Source: Clostridia bacterium
GTDB taxonomy: Bacteria > Bacillota > Clostridia > Oscillospirales > CAG-272
Direction of reading: 5' to 3'
DNA: 61,541 nt
NCBI GenBank assembly: GCA_017623975.1
Contig: JAGANX010000018.1
Span: 1-61,541 of the forward strand
In this document: in pieces, positions 1-9,831 of the stretch
Layout of the letters: the number at the start of each line of letters is the position of its first letter
How positions within the stretch are numbered: the stretch's first letter is position 1
Notes under the pieces: model-generated
The model's input: only the letters and a program-made list of their open reading frames with translations
Told to the model about the DNA's origin: nothing
The model's database searches: none
Made by a program: the position numbers and the translations under genes

Positions 1-304
1 ACATCCCGTCATTATTTACGCACAAAATCAAATGTATGTGATTAGGCATAATAACATATTTATCAACAAAAACACCTTCTATGTTATTTGTCGATAAAAT
101 ATATTTTTCTACAATTCTGTCATACCGTGTCAACCGGATTTTCGGGATGTCGAGGGCGCCATCCCCTACGGGTTTTTCTTTTTCTGTTCCCACAATTTGT
201 GACAGTATTCTTTTTCTGTCTTGGGTGCAGATGGTTAGAAAATATGCTCCGCCTCGGCTATAATCAAAATTAGACAATCGGGTGGGCTTTCTTTTAGGTA
301 ATTT
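1..304 (-). mobile_element. REP-associated tyrosine transposase (RAYT, IS200/IS605 Y1 superfamily), 5' part, runs off the window; start codon appears damaged
   Basis: Manual translation: KLPKRKPTRLSNFDYSRGGAYFLTICTQDRK...DKYVIMPNHIHLIL. Has the RAYT N-terminal DYS..GAYFxTICT motif and HUH motif MPNHIH. In-frame TAA at 305-307 and no ATG directly upstream. Confidence 0.85.
143..169 (-). repeat. GTAG-type REP-like element inside the RAYT ORF
   Basis: GTAGGGGATGGCGCCCTCGACATCCCG: GTAG foot plus GGGATG/CATCCC stem. ACATCCCG at 1-8 looks like the end of a second, inverted copy. Confidence 0.7.
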
Positions 305-314
305 TTATCTTCCG

Positions 315-1652
315 CTATTCTTGGTAGCCCCATTCAACCAAGGTGTTATTACCTGCCCAATTTTCGTGCCAGCCTGCGGGCTTGCTTGGGGCTTGGCAAT
401 ATACCATAGCCTTTTCAAATGCATCCTTTTCAACCATGTCAACGGTGTTTGGAATTACTACGGTTTTTGTTTCGCTATCAAAAGGAAAATAGGAGGAAAA
501 CGCGCCTGTCATAATTCCGTATTTTGCGCCATTATAATTTTGCGGAAGGTTTATAAATGCTTCACTACCTATATATTTTGCCAATTTTACGCTATCTGCA
601 TTTACATAAAATACAAGGTTATTAATTATATCAAGCTTGCTTGGTTCATTTTCTGTATATATATCTAGTGCGTTCATTGTAAGGGTAAACCATTTTTCTG
701 AGTCCTTCGTTATTTCAAGCTGTGAAAAATTATATATTTCCAATATATTGTAACACATATCAAAGGCATAAGATGGAAGCACCGCCAAGCCCTTGCCAAA
801 GGTTACGCTAATCAAGTTTGGGCACTTTACAAAGGGTGCAAACATAAGCTCCACATTGTCACCGATTTTTACGCTTACTATTTGCTCATTGATTTCAAAT
901 ACACTGTCATCAATAATCCTTACAGGCTTGCCCTTATACATATTTGGTATAACCACATTTCTATCAGTGCAAGTGCCAATGCCTGTTAAAATATAGAAGG
1001 TACCGTCCTTGCTTAATCTATATTCAAGACCCGCACTGCCTTCTTCACCCTCGTATATAGTTAGTGTGGGCGCGTCGTTTTCAAGATAGCGGTCTATCAT
1101 TTGGGATAATTCTTCACATTTATTAACAATCCAGCAGTTATCGTATAATATACCACTCTCATTTAATTTTTCCTTGTATTCGGGGATTTGATAATCTTGT
1201 ATTGAACAACCGTACATCATATTTGCAAGGGTCTTAATGCCCTTGTTATTTAAAGAAGCAATACACTCTGTTCTATAAGATTTTCCTTCAAAAACATAGG
1301 ATTCCTCTATTCCATCTGAAAAGCCGTTTAAAATGGCTTGAAAATTCTCCTCTGTTATAATTGCCCCGCCTTGATTCATTTGAGTAATGAGGTTTTCTAT
1401 ATAATCCATTGCATAGTCCATTCCGTCTTCTTCATTTTTTTCAAACCCCATATCCTCTAAAAGCCAGCAAAGCTTTTCAAAAGAGGTCTTGCCCTGTGGT
1501 TCTCTTTTCATTGTATTGGCGGTATTGTTTTCTCCGTTATTTTGATTTTCTTTGTTATTTTGATTATTGTCTCCATTTTCTTTTCCGCAAGCGGAACACA
1601 GAAGTAATGAAAACGCAAACAAAAGTATTACTAATAATCTTACTAATTTCAT
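315..1652 (-). CDS. BspA-type leucine-rich-repeat lipoprotein
   Basis: Start MKLVRLL after GGAG; lipobox-like LLCSAC; Asn-rich linker; LRR_5-like repeats; C-terminal YCQAPSKPAGWHENW..WGY. Confidence 0.8.
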   Translation of the reverse strand: MKLVRLLVILLFAFSLLLCSACGKENGDNNQNNKENQNNGENNTANTMKREPQGKTSFEKLCWLLEDMGFEKNEEDGMDYAMDYIENLITQMNQGGAIITEENFQAILNGFSDGIEESYVFEGKSYRTECIASLNNKGIKTLANMMYGCSIQDYQIPEYKEKLNESGILYDNCWIVNKCEELSQMIDRYLENDAPTLTIYEGEEGSAGLEYRLSKDGTFYILTGIGTCTDRNVVIPNMYKGKPVRIIDDSVFEINEQIVSVKIGDNVELMFAPFVKCPNLISVTFGKGLAVLPSYAFDMCYNILEIYNFSQLEITKDSEKWFTLTMNALDIYTENEPSKLDIINNLVFYVNADSVKLAKYIGSEAFINLPQNYNGAKYGIMTGAFSSYFPFDSETKTVVIPNTVDMVEKDAFEKAMVYCQAPSKPAGWHENWAGNNTLVEWGYQE

Positions 1653-1733
1653 AAAAGCTCTCCGTTTTTCTTTTATATTATCACATATCCTTATAAAAAT
1701 CAAGAAAGCACTCAATATTGAGCGCTTTCAAAA

Positions 1734-2978
1734 TTATTTTTTCAAAAATTTGGTGTATTTTTTAAATGCAAGGCATGAAAATACTACGCCTACCGCCATT
1801 ATAACAATCCAAGAAATTATGGTAGCAGTCCAGCCGAATTTTTCCGATATCAAGGCAATACCGTACATTGAAACCGCCGCGCCAGCATAAGTACAGGCGT
1901 TACAAAAGCCGCCAACGGTAGATGCCTTGCCCGTACCTGCAAAGCGGCCCGGCAAGCAGGAAATCAAAAGGAAGTTTACCGAGTGCATAAAAGCGCTGAT
2001 AACCCCTGCCAAAAGCAAGCAAATTACCCTTGCCACCGTGTTTTGCACGCTTACAAGACAGGCAAAAGGAATACAAAGCACAATTGACAATGCAAATAAA
2101 ATGCCCGCCCCTCTTGATTCATTATTAAACACCCTGCCCTTATGTATAATTCTTATCAAAAACACGCTGATAATTGAGAATATAGGCAAGGCAACGGACA
2201 CCAAAATAGACTCGGAGCTATCCCTGCCAAACGCCTCGCTATACAGTGTTGGCAGCCAAGACTCAATGCCGTCACGCATAAAGCCCATTACAGTTATGCA
2301 AATAAAAATCGGCAAAATTCCCGACCTTTTAAACACCTGCCAAACAGAGCCCTCTATAAGCTCCTTTTTCGGCTCTGCTACCGCTAACGCAGGCTCCTTT
2401 TCCTTTTTGCCAAGCACAATACCCATAGACACAAGGAAAACAACACCTGCTACAACGCAAAACACGGTTGAAGTGAAAAACACAGCTTTATATGACCAGA
2501 ATTTAATACACAGTGGAGCATAAAGATACAAAACTATGGTGGAAACGTGCGCACCGCTTGTAACTATTACATTGGCGGTAACATATTTTTCATGGCTTAA
2601 ACTATCAGACAAAATGCGTACGATAGGAGGCCACAACAGTGCCTGTGCAAAGCCGTTTACCGCCCACACAGGTATCATTAAATATTGGTTTGGTACAATT
2701 GGCAAAAGTAGGTTACATACAGCAGATATCATAAGACCTGAAAACATTAGGTATTTAGGAGAAAGCTTATCTCCCAAATAACCGCTGACAAGCTGACCTG
2801 CGCCGTAAAAAATAAACAAAGCAGTGCCAACAAGTCCCGCAACACTTCTATCAAGCACGCCACTGTCAAGCATATTCACCATAACTACCGCAAAGGTTTT
2901 TCGTGAGAAATAGCTCGCAAAATATGCAACGGTGCAAAGAATAACTATTGCCCTTGCTGAATATTTTTTTCTTTCCAA
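1734..2978 (-). CDS. MFS transporter (OPA/sugar-phosphate-like)
   Basis: About 12 hydrophobic segments; YFSRKTF, GQLVSGYLGDK and NGFAQ motifs; probable TTG start after GGAGA. Confidence 0.85.
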   Translation of the reverse strand: MERKKYSARAIVILCTVAYFASYFSRKTFAVVMVNMLDSGVLDRSVAGLVGTALFIFYGAGQLVSGYLGDKLSPKYLMFSGLMISAVCNLLLPIVPNQYLMIPVWAVNGFAQALLWPPIVRILSDSLSHEKYVTANVIVTSGAHVSTIVLYLYAPLCIKFWSYKAVFFTSTVFCVVAGVVFLVSMGIVLGKKEKEPALAVAEPKKELIEGSVWQVFKRSGILPIFICITVMGFMRDGIESWLPTLYSEAFGRDSSESILVSVALPIFSIISVFLIRIIHKGRVFNNESRGAGILFALSIVLCIPFACLVSVQNTVARVICLLLAGVISAFMHSVNFLLISCLPGRFAGTGKASTVGGFCNACTYAGAAVSMYGIALISEKFGWTATIISWIVIMAVGVVFSCLAFKKYTKFLKK

Positions 2979-3078
2979 AAAATCATCTCCAAAAGCGAAA
3001 TACAAAATGTATCATAGCACAACCGCAACTCAAAATCAATACTGTTTTTTCCAAAAGTAAAATAAAAATAAAAAACTA

Positions 3079-3107
3079 TTGACAAACTAATAAAAATAGT
3101 TTATAAT
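3079..3107 (+). promoter_or_regulatory. sigma-A promoter of the tRNA
   Basis: Perfect TTGACA-17 nt-TATAAT with A-rich UP-like tract upstream. Confidence 0.85.
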
Positions 3108-3157
3108 TGTATAGCAAACTATGAAATAGCGGTTTGCAGCCTCTTAGCAGATGTTGT

Positions 3158-3249
3158 GTGGGAGTACTCAAGTGGCTATAAGAGGAGTCCCTGCTAAGGA
3201 TTTAGGCCGGGTTTCCGGTGCGGAAGTTCGAATCTTCTCTCCCACGCCA
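3158..3249 (+). tRNA. tRNA-Ser(GCT)
   Basis: Acceptor GTGGGAG/CTCCCAC, discriminator G, encoded CCA, anticodon arm AGTCC-CTGCTAA-GGATT, long variable arm, T-loop TTCGAAT. Confidence 0.93.
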
Positions 3250-3291
3250 AAATAAACCATACCCAAAAAATTGGGTATGGTTTATTTTTTT
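3250..3291 (+). terminator. intrinsic terminator after the tRNA
   Basis: AAATAAACCATACCCAA/TTGGGTATGGTTTATTT hairpin followed by a T run. Confidence 0.85.
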
Positions 3292-3627
3292 GTCGTGGGA
3301 GAGAGATTGAACTTACCTTTTGATTGCTTGTCAATCAAAATGAAGTTCGCAAGCGAGCCGAAAGCCGTTTTAGGGGTTCCCCAACACGAAGAATGAGTTT
3401 TGGGGATTCTCGTGGGCTTGCAAGCATAAGGCTCGGCGTGACTCGTTGTCTTTGCAACGCATCTTCTCTTTTCTTCATTTTTCTTTGACAGGTTTACCTG
3501 TCCTTTTTTGTTTGGCTTTTTGTTTGTCAAGGAAAGAATTTTTTACATTCTCGTTTTCGGTGGAAACTGTTTAAAGCTCCGTTGCTATCGCTTGGGATGA
3601 CAAGGTTGGAGCAGGGCTATCTATCAA

Positions 3628-4737
3628 TTAAAGATACTTCTCTATCAAAGTATCTATATATTTATCAAGCTCCTTATCCTCTATTAAGTGTCTGTATTTT
3701 GCTATATATTTTCTTAGTGCTTCCTTGTTGATTGGCTTTGGTTTTGTGCCCAGCTTATTTAGTAGGTTATCGGAAAAGATTTTTTGCAGTGCATTTTCTT
3801 CTATTTTTAAGCCTGTTATTTGGTGGTCGTCAAAGGACATTAATGCTTCATCCGTTGCTAAGAAGCGATATACCCTGTCGCAAAGCCAAATGCCTGCCTC
3901 TAAATGAGGGGTATAGTCCATATCCGTGCCAAAGATTATTCTATCCTGATACCTTTCAAAAAAGCCCTTAAAGTATTCTCTGTTTTCGTTAAAGGCTATA
4001 TACATCTCTCCGCCCGGAGTTATATCAACGGTGAAATTTTTGTATTTTTCAAGCATGCTTTCAAGCTTTTGTGGCTTTTCCGAGCAGAAAAAGAAGTGGG
4101 CTAAGCATAAATTTAAGTCGGGATGGCTTTTTAAAACATTATCTATTTGATTATACAGTGAGTCGCTTGTAGGGAATTTACTTTCGTCTGCATAGCTCCA
4201 TCCCTTCTCTATTTGCTCCCTTGAAGCATTCTTCCAAAAGCTTTCAGGGTCAACCGCATGCATTAATATATAAGTGCCTTCCCTCTCCATTTTATCAAAT
4301 GCGCCCTTGAAAAAATCACTATCAAGGGGTTTTCCCACCTTTGCGTAAAGGTTAGGCTTGCCTTCAAGCATTTTAATACCGTCAAAGCCTATTTCGTTTA
4401 GCTCATCAAGCTGTGTTTCCAAGGACATATTTTCCATTTTCTGCTCATTTGCAGGATAGGACGGATAGATAAACCCGCCGTAAGCATAGGTATTTTCGTT
4501 TGCCAGCTTATAGAAGGCGCACATAATATTATTGCTAACATCACGGGGGGCAGGAATTGGATTGCCTGATGGCAAGGATGCCAAGGCAATATATTTCAGT
4601 CCGCACGCACGCCTGTACTCCTCTAAGCCGTGTATGTAGGTTTCACCACTGTTTTCGTCCTTCCACCTGTGAATATGTATGTGACCGTCAAAGGGGTTTT
4701 TTACCCTTGGAAACGGAATATCTAAATATTTTCCCAT
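3628..4737 (-). CDS. amidohydrolase family protein (Amidohydro_2-like)
   Basis: DGHIH metal motif, GIKM, LAHF and IIFGTD. Confidence 0.8.
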   Translation of the reverse strand: MGKYLDIPFPRVKNPFDGHIHIHRWKDENSGETYIHGLEEYRRACGLKYIALASLPSGNPIPAPRDVSNNIMCAFYKLANENTYAYGGFIYPSYPANEQKMENMSLETQLDELNEIGFDGIKMLEGKPNLYAKVGKPLDSDFFKGAFDKMEREGTYILMHAVDPESFWKNASREQIEKGWSYADESKFPTSDSLYNQIDNVLKSHPDLNLCLAHFFFCSEKPQKLESMLEKYKNFTVDITPGGEMYIAFNENREYFKGFFERYQDRIIFGTDMDYTPHLEAGIWLCDRVYRFLATDEALMSFDDHQITGLKIEENALQKIFSDNLLNKLGTKPKPINKEALRKYIAKYRHLIEDKELDKYIDTLIEKYL

Positions 4738-4881
4738 AATTTACTCCTTTATCCTTCAAGCCTTGCTCTCGCTCCAAATGGAGCTTGACTTAGCCTTACG
4801 GGAATCGAACACATTTGTCTTAGAACGATAAATTCGTGAGCCTTTGTCCGACCTTTGACTTGAAAGTTTTTTCTAATATCA

Positions 4882-4910
4882 ATTATAATATGTTTGTCTT
4901 TCTTTGTCAA
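4882..4910 (-). promoter_or_regulatory. sigma-A promoter of the amidohydrolase (about 140-nt leader)
   Basis: TTGACA-17-TATAAT on the minus strand. Confidence 0.75.
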
Positions 4911-5013
4911 GCAAATAAAATCCCACCCCACACGGCTTTAATGTGTAGGGTGGGATTGCCCTTTCGGGCTAAGAAGGAGAGTAATGTATCTTTATATTAG
5001 ATTCTCTAAATTA

Positions 5014-8000
5014 TTAAATTCTCTTTTTTCTGATAACGAACCAGAACAGTGCAAATATTCCGCCGCCTAAGGCCACTACGGAGCCTGCTACAATTCCTAT
5101 AACTGCACCTGTGCCAATTCCGCCACCTTCACCGTTTGGCTGTGGCTCTTTGCCGCTTGTACCTGTGCTGTTATTTGTTCCCGAATTGTTTGTGCCGGAG
5201 CTTGGCGGTTGATAGTTAGGGTCGCTTGCGTTACATACACTGCATTTACCGTTTTGTCCGTAGCTGTGGCTTATTTCTCTTATTTTGCCGCATACATTAC
5301 AGTTGGTATCGCACGCATTATCGTACTTATGGTCGCTTACCTCACGAGTAAGACCGCAAATATTACAATCTGCATCACAGTCATTTTCGTACTTATGGTC
5401 TTCAACCTCTCTTTGTCCAACGGTACAATTATTACATTCAGTGTCACATGCATTGTCGTATATGTGTCCCTTTGGCATTTCGCCGAAAAAGGCTTCACAG
5501 TATATGCAAATTGCCTGGCTTGTGCAAGTACCCTCGCCGCTGTGCTGTTCAGTTCCCAAATCCTTGGTGCATACCACACAGCTAACATTGTGTAGCTCAG
5601 CATTTTCTGCTGAAAGCTCATAGTCCCTCGTGTGCTTTATATCAGGCTGGCTAATACCGCAGTTAAGGCAAGTGTACCAGTGATATTCCCCGTCACTTTC
5701 AAGCACTGAGCCTTGGTGCGCTGCTACTATTACGCCCTCGTAATATTCACTCACATCCTCAATTGTAAGAGGTGTACCTGTTTCGCTAATGAACGATACA
5801 ACACCGCAGCCCGAAATTTCTCCCAAAATATCATCTAAGCTTGGCAAAAGCGTTTCATTTTGGGGCATAATTATTCTACTGTTTACAAAAATGCCGCCTG
5901 TGATAGATATGCTAATGTTATCACCCCAGCCTAAATTGAATACAGCCTCAGCGCATTCAAACACACCGCCACTGATTTTCACAACCGTGCCCTTACCTAA
6001 CCTAAACAGCTCGGAAGATACAAATTTACCGCCTGAAATAGTTATGACAGTATCCATATCATAGCTTCCAAGAGAATAAATCATGCCGTGAATTTCGCCA
6101 CCTATTACATCTAAGGTGGCATCTACTTGGAGTGTTAGAATGTAGGCATCTTCACCGTTCGAAGCCAATAAGCCGGTTTTGCTATCGCTTTTGTCTATGA
6201 TTGCAAGCTTGCCATAAACAATTACTCTGTTACGGATTGATTCAAGCTTATAGCCATTCAAATTCAAGGTTATATTCCCCATAACGGTTAGCTCTTCAAA
6301 TGTTGTATCTCTTTGTAGTCTAACCTCGGATACATCTATTGCGTTTGCGTAATCAAACGCAGCCTCCACAGTAGTAAAATACTTTATTCCGTCTGTGCCG
6401 CCGACTACCAAGGCAACAATTTCACCTTCACAAACGGGACAGATCGCATTTTCATCTACCGTGTGCGCTTCTTTTTCAACTGTTGCAGATGCATATCCAC
6501 ATTCACAGCCCATCCAGTGTGATGCTTCATCGCTGTGGCATTTGTTTTCCGTATGCTCTGTATGCTCTACGATTCTAACAACGCCGCTTATCTCATTTTT
6601 AGAGCCGTCAAGAATACCGTTTGCTCCCTCATAAGCATAGCCTTCGCCAATTAATGCATTTACGCTTATATATTCACCGTAAGCGCTTCCTGTTGTGATT
6701 TTTCCAAAGGAGCAGTTCTCTATCTTTATACCTTGAAGTCGGTCAAGCCTTGTGGTTATTTTTAGTTCATCCTCATAAATAACACCCGTTAATTCCACAG
6801 CAAAATTATCCTCATGTGTAATAATGCTTTCATTTTTAACCACTGTGTCCTTTATTGTAAGAGCTCCTAAATTTTCAAGGTAAAAGGTGCCGCCTGTCAC
6901 AGTTATCTTCTCTATCAAAAGAGTGCCCCTTATCATGCAGTTGCTATATTGAGAGGCTGACCACTCGCCTGTTTTTAATTCACTTGAATCAATTACGTTA
7001 ACTGTAATACCTTCGTCTACTTTAACAGATACGCCATTCAATTTAAAGCCTGCCAAATCAATTGTCAAATCATAATTGACTGCTTCTATTCTCTCGCCGA
7101 AGCTCATCTCTACATCTGAAAGGAGCTTTAAGCATCCGCCTGTTTCTCTTGCTGCCCCCATTGCTGTTTCAAAGAGCAAGTACTTGGTTGTTTCATCATT
7201 TACCGTGTGTGACACTGTATAATTATTTCCGCATACCGTACAGCCGTCCTCGTTCAAGGAGTGGCTTACACTTTCCTCTGAGTAACCGCACGTATCACAA
7301 AATAATTGATGCTTTTCTTCATTTGTCCAATACCTTATCTTGTGGTCCTCATCTCCAAAGTCGTGTTTACAAAGCACGCACTTTACGGAGTGCTTTTTTG
7401 CATAATTTTCATCCGTTTCCTCAAATAAAGTATATTCTGTATCATGCATTTCATCTAAGTTGATATAGTCACAGCTGTCACAGGTCCTTTTGCATATCTC
7501 ATCATCTACGTAAGTATATACGTACTTATGTAGGACTTCTTCACCTCTTGACAATACAAGAGTCTCGTTTGCACGCCAGCCTTCGCTGCTCATATCAAGG
7601 TTTGACTCTGCCTCTTTATTTATATTAACCGTTATTTTGGGAGAAACGCAATACTCTGTTAATTCATAGTCGAATCCAATTTGAATTTTGCTGTTTTCCA
7701 TAATTGTAAGGTTTACAATAGGTAGCGGTGCGTCCTTATATTCTTCCCCCATTGTTAGCCCTGAATGGTTGTAGCCGATTAATTTATTATCACCATATAC
7801 TGTAATATTAAGGGTAACGCCCGCATCTATGCTGCATATTCCATACCACGTGTCTGCAACAGCCTCTAAGCTATGAAAAATTACATCATAAGTAACCGCT
7901 TCCCCGTTGTTTGAGGTGAACACAATATCTTCGCTTGCCCTTCCGTATATAAAATATGCTCCCTTATGCTCTACGGTATCGCGACCCGCTCTATAACCGT

Positions 8001-8154
8001 TTGGTGTAAATACATACGTCTCATACTTGTGCATTTCCACATACAAAATATCTTCGGGAAGCTCCTGCGCCCCTGCGGCAAGTATAAAGCCTCCAACCAT
8101 GCCAAGCAAAAGAACCGCAAGCATGGCTATCATTGTTTTAACTACTCTTGTCAT
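5014..8154 (-). CDS. large cell-surface protein with Cys/His-rich repeats and a C-terminal membrane anchor
   Basis: Signal peptide; CxxC/H repeats including tandem HxYDNACDTxCNxC units; S/G/T/N linker; TM helix followed by RKKRI. Confidence 0.8.
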   Translation of the reverse strand: MTRVVKTMIAMLAVLLLGMVGGFILAAGAQELPEDILYVEMHKYETYVFTPNGYRAGRDTVEHKGAYFIYGRASEDIVFTSNNGEAVTYDVIFHSLEAVADTWYGICSIDAGVTLNITVYGDNKLIGYNHSGLTMGEEYKDAPLPIVNLTIMENSKIQIGFDYELTEYCVSPKITVNINKEAESNLDMSSEGWRANETLVLSRGEEVLHKYVYTYVDDEICKRTCDSCDYINLDEMHDTEYTLFEETDENYAKKHSVKCVLCKHDFGDEDHKIRYWTNEEKHQLFCDTCGYSEESVSHSLNEDGCTVCGNNYTVSHTVNDETTKYLLFETAMGAARETGGCLKLLSDVEMSFGERIEAVNYDLTIDLAGFKLNGVSVKVDEGITVNVIDSSELKTGEWSASQYSNCMIRGTLLIEKITVTGGTFYLENLGALTIKDTVVKNESIITHEDNFAVELTGVIYEDELKITTRLDRLQGIKIENCSFGKITTGSAYGEYISVNALIGEGYAYEGANGILDGSKNEISGVVRIVEHTEHTENKCHSDEASHWMGCECGYASATVEKEAHTVDENAICPVCEGEIVALVVGGTDGIKYFTTVEAAFDYANAIDVSEVRLQRDTTFEELTVMGNITLNLNGYKLESIRNRVIVYGKLAIIDKSDSKTGLLASNGEDAYILTLQVDATLDVIGGEIHGMIYSLGSYDMDTVITISGGKFVSSELFRLGKGTVVKISGGVFECAEAVFNLGWGDNISISITGGIFVNSRIIMPQNETLLPSLDDILGEISGCGVVSFISETGTPLTIEDVSEYYEGVIVAAHQGSVLESDGEYHWYTCLNCGISQPDIKHTRDYELSAENAELHNVSCVVCTKDLGTEQHSGEGTCTSQAICIYCEAFFGEMPKGHIYDNACDTECNNCTVGQREVEDHKYENDCDADCNICGLTREVSDHKYDNACDTNCNVCGKIREISHSYGQNGKCSVCNASDPNYQPPSSGTNNSGTNNSTGTSGKEPQPNGEGGGIGTGAVIGIVAGSVVALGGGIFALFWFVIRKKRI

Positions 8155-8189
8155 ACATTTTCTCCTTATCTAATGCTGTACCTTACATA

Positions 8190-8495
8190 CTATGCTCTTT
8201 TATTTTTTCTGTTTGTGCAAATCCCTATCAAGTCCTCGCCGTCCTTATAGTACTTGCAATCTGCACAGCAGCCGTCTAAAAACTTGCTTTCTCCGTATTC
8301 ACACAGCTCTTGCATTTGTGTGACGAAGGGGAAGCCCTCATTTGTATATACGGGCTTTTGCTTGAAGTTTGGATATATTGGAATTGGCTCTGTGCTACCC
8401 CTTTCATATTCCTCGTAATATCCGTACCTTAACTCAAACACCTGTCCAAAAAGCGTTATGATTTTGTAAAGGTCGCCGTCCCTTATTTTGTTCAT
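8190..8495 (-). CDS. small hypothetical protein with a C-terminal Cys cluster
   Basis: Start MNKIRDG after AAGGAG; C..CCADC..C pattern. Confidence 0.7.
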   Translation of the reverse strand: MNKIRDGDLYKIITLFGQVFELRYGYYEEYERGSTEPIPIYPNFKQKPVYTNEGFPFVTQMQELCEYGESKFLDGCCADCKYYKDGEDLIGICTNRKNKRA

Positions 8496-8601
8496 AGCGT
8501 AATCTCCTTCGTGCTTTGTTACTGATATTAGTATAATGGATAATTTGACAAAAAAACACCACCCAAAAACAGAAATTTGGGTGGTATTTTTATGTGCTCT
8601 T

Positions 8602-9822
8602 TTAGAGTATGCTTGAAAACTCACTCCTGTCCTTTACGCCCGTTTTTTGGACAACTCGAAGGACCGTTTGCTTAACAGTTGACTCTGAAATATAAAGCAT
8701 AGTCGCTATTTCCTTGGTGGTAAAGCCGAATGCGGCAAGCTTTGCAACCTCCCTTTCCCTTGCGGTTAGGTTAGAGGCGATATAGCGGTTTCTTACAGCT
8801 CCGCTTAGCCTTGACCAGCCAATGCTGTAAGTTCTGTATAGCTCCTTTACTATTTCCACAGCCAACTCGTCTATAATGCCAAGACGTTCCTCTAAAAGAC
8901 CGTCAAAATGTCGCACATATTCAACTAATATGCCATATAATCCGTCGGGCAGAGAGAGGGCTATTGCCCTGTCTATATGCTGTATTGCCAAATCCCTTTG
9001 ACCTGAATTGTGGTACGCTACCGCACAGGATAGACGCAAGAAAATTTCAGGTATAATAGTTTTGTCAACACGGGCTTGCGTTATCATTGGCTCAATTGTA
9101 TTCGGTATCATTTTCATAAGGGCAAGACCTGTAACGCCCTCCTTATCATACTGCTTTGACGCAACCGCAAAGGCTTCCATATACAGATATTTAATGTAAA
9201 AAACCTTGGCAGCAGGGTGGGCATCCGATGGTAAAGCCTCGAAATTTCCTCTTGTAAACCAATCGGGAAAATCCTTGTTATCATATATGGAGCTATCAAT
9301 TATTGCAAGGGTTAGGGAAAGAATTTCGCGGTCTGTTTTGCTGTTGCAGGGAGCCTCACAAATATGGCGCTTTGCCTCGTTCCACAAATGTATATCTCCA
9401 CGCCAAATAGCGCATTGAGAAAGGAGCATGCCACCGCCTAATATAGCATAAAAGCCTGAATGTGAGCTTAAAAAGTAACGGGCTTTATCGTAAACCTTTT
9501 CAATTTCCCCACGGCGATAAGCAATTTGCGCCTTAAATAGCTCGTGGGCTTCCATATTGTTTTCAAAAAGGCTAATGCTCTCATCCGCCTTGCCCGCTGT
9601 GCTATATACATTTGTCATATCAAGAAAAGGACTTTTCCGTGGCATAGGAATATGTGGGTCATCCCCTTTATTTGTGCTTGGCAAAACTGCGTGTGAGGGT
9701 ATCATCCAAGTGCGTTCCCACCTTGTTGCGCCCTTAATTTTGCCTTCCTTGCAAAGACCTTGTACACGGCGTGGGGTTACTCCCCATTTTTCTGCCGCCT
9801 GCTTTACTGTGATTAAATTCAT
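8602..9822 (-). CDS. transcriptional regulator with N-terminal excisionase-like HTH and C-terminal LuxR HTH
   Basis: ITVKQAAEKWGVTPRRVQGLCKEGKI at the N-terminus; LTAREREVAKLAAFGFTTKEIATMLYISESTVK at the C-terminus. Confidence 0.85.
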   Translation of the reverse strand: MNLITVKQAAEKWGVTPRRVQGLCKEGKIKGATRWERTWMIPSHAVLPSTNKGDDPHIPMPRKSPFLDMTNVYSTAGKADESISLFENNMEAHELFKAQIAYRRGEIEKVYDKARYFLSSHSGFYAILGGGMLLSQCAIWRGDIHLWNEAKRHICEAPCNSKTDREILSLTLAIIDSSIYDNKDFPDWFTRGNFEALPSDAHPAAKVFYIKYLYMEAFAVASKQYDKEGVTGLALMKMIPNTIEPMITQARVDKTIIPEIFLRLSCAVAYHNSGQRDLAIQHIDRAIALSLPDGLYGILVEYVRHFDGLLEERLGIIDELAVEIVKELYRTYSIGWSRLSGAVRNRYIASNLTAREREVAKLAAFGFTTKEIATMLYISESTVKQTVLRVVQKTGVKDRSEFSSIL

Positions 9823-9831
9823 ACCCGTTCC

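Noticed and set aside
3282-3530. 82-aa ORF downstream of the tRNA
   Set aside because: No clear RBS or motif; overlaps hairpin-rich non-coding DNA
4791-4810. Additional tRNA suggested by GTTCGATTCCC
   Set aside because: No cloverleaf, acceptor stem or CCA could be built
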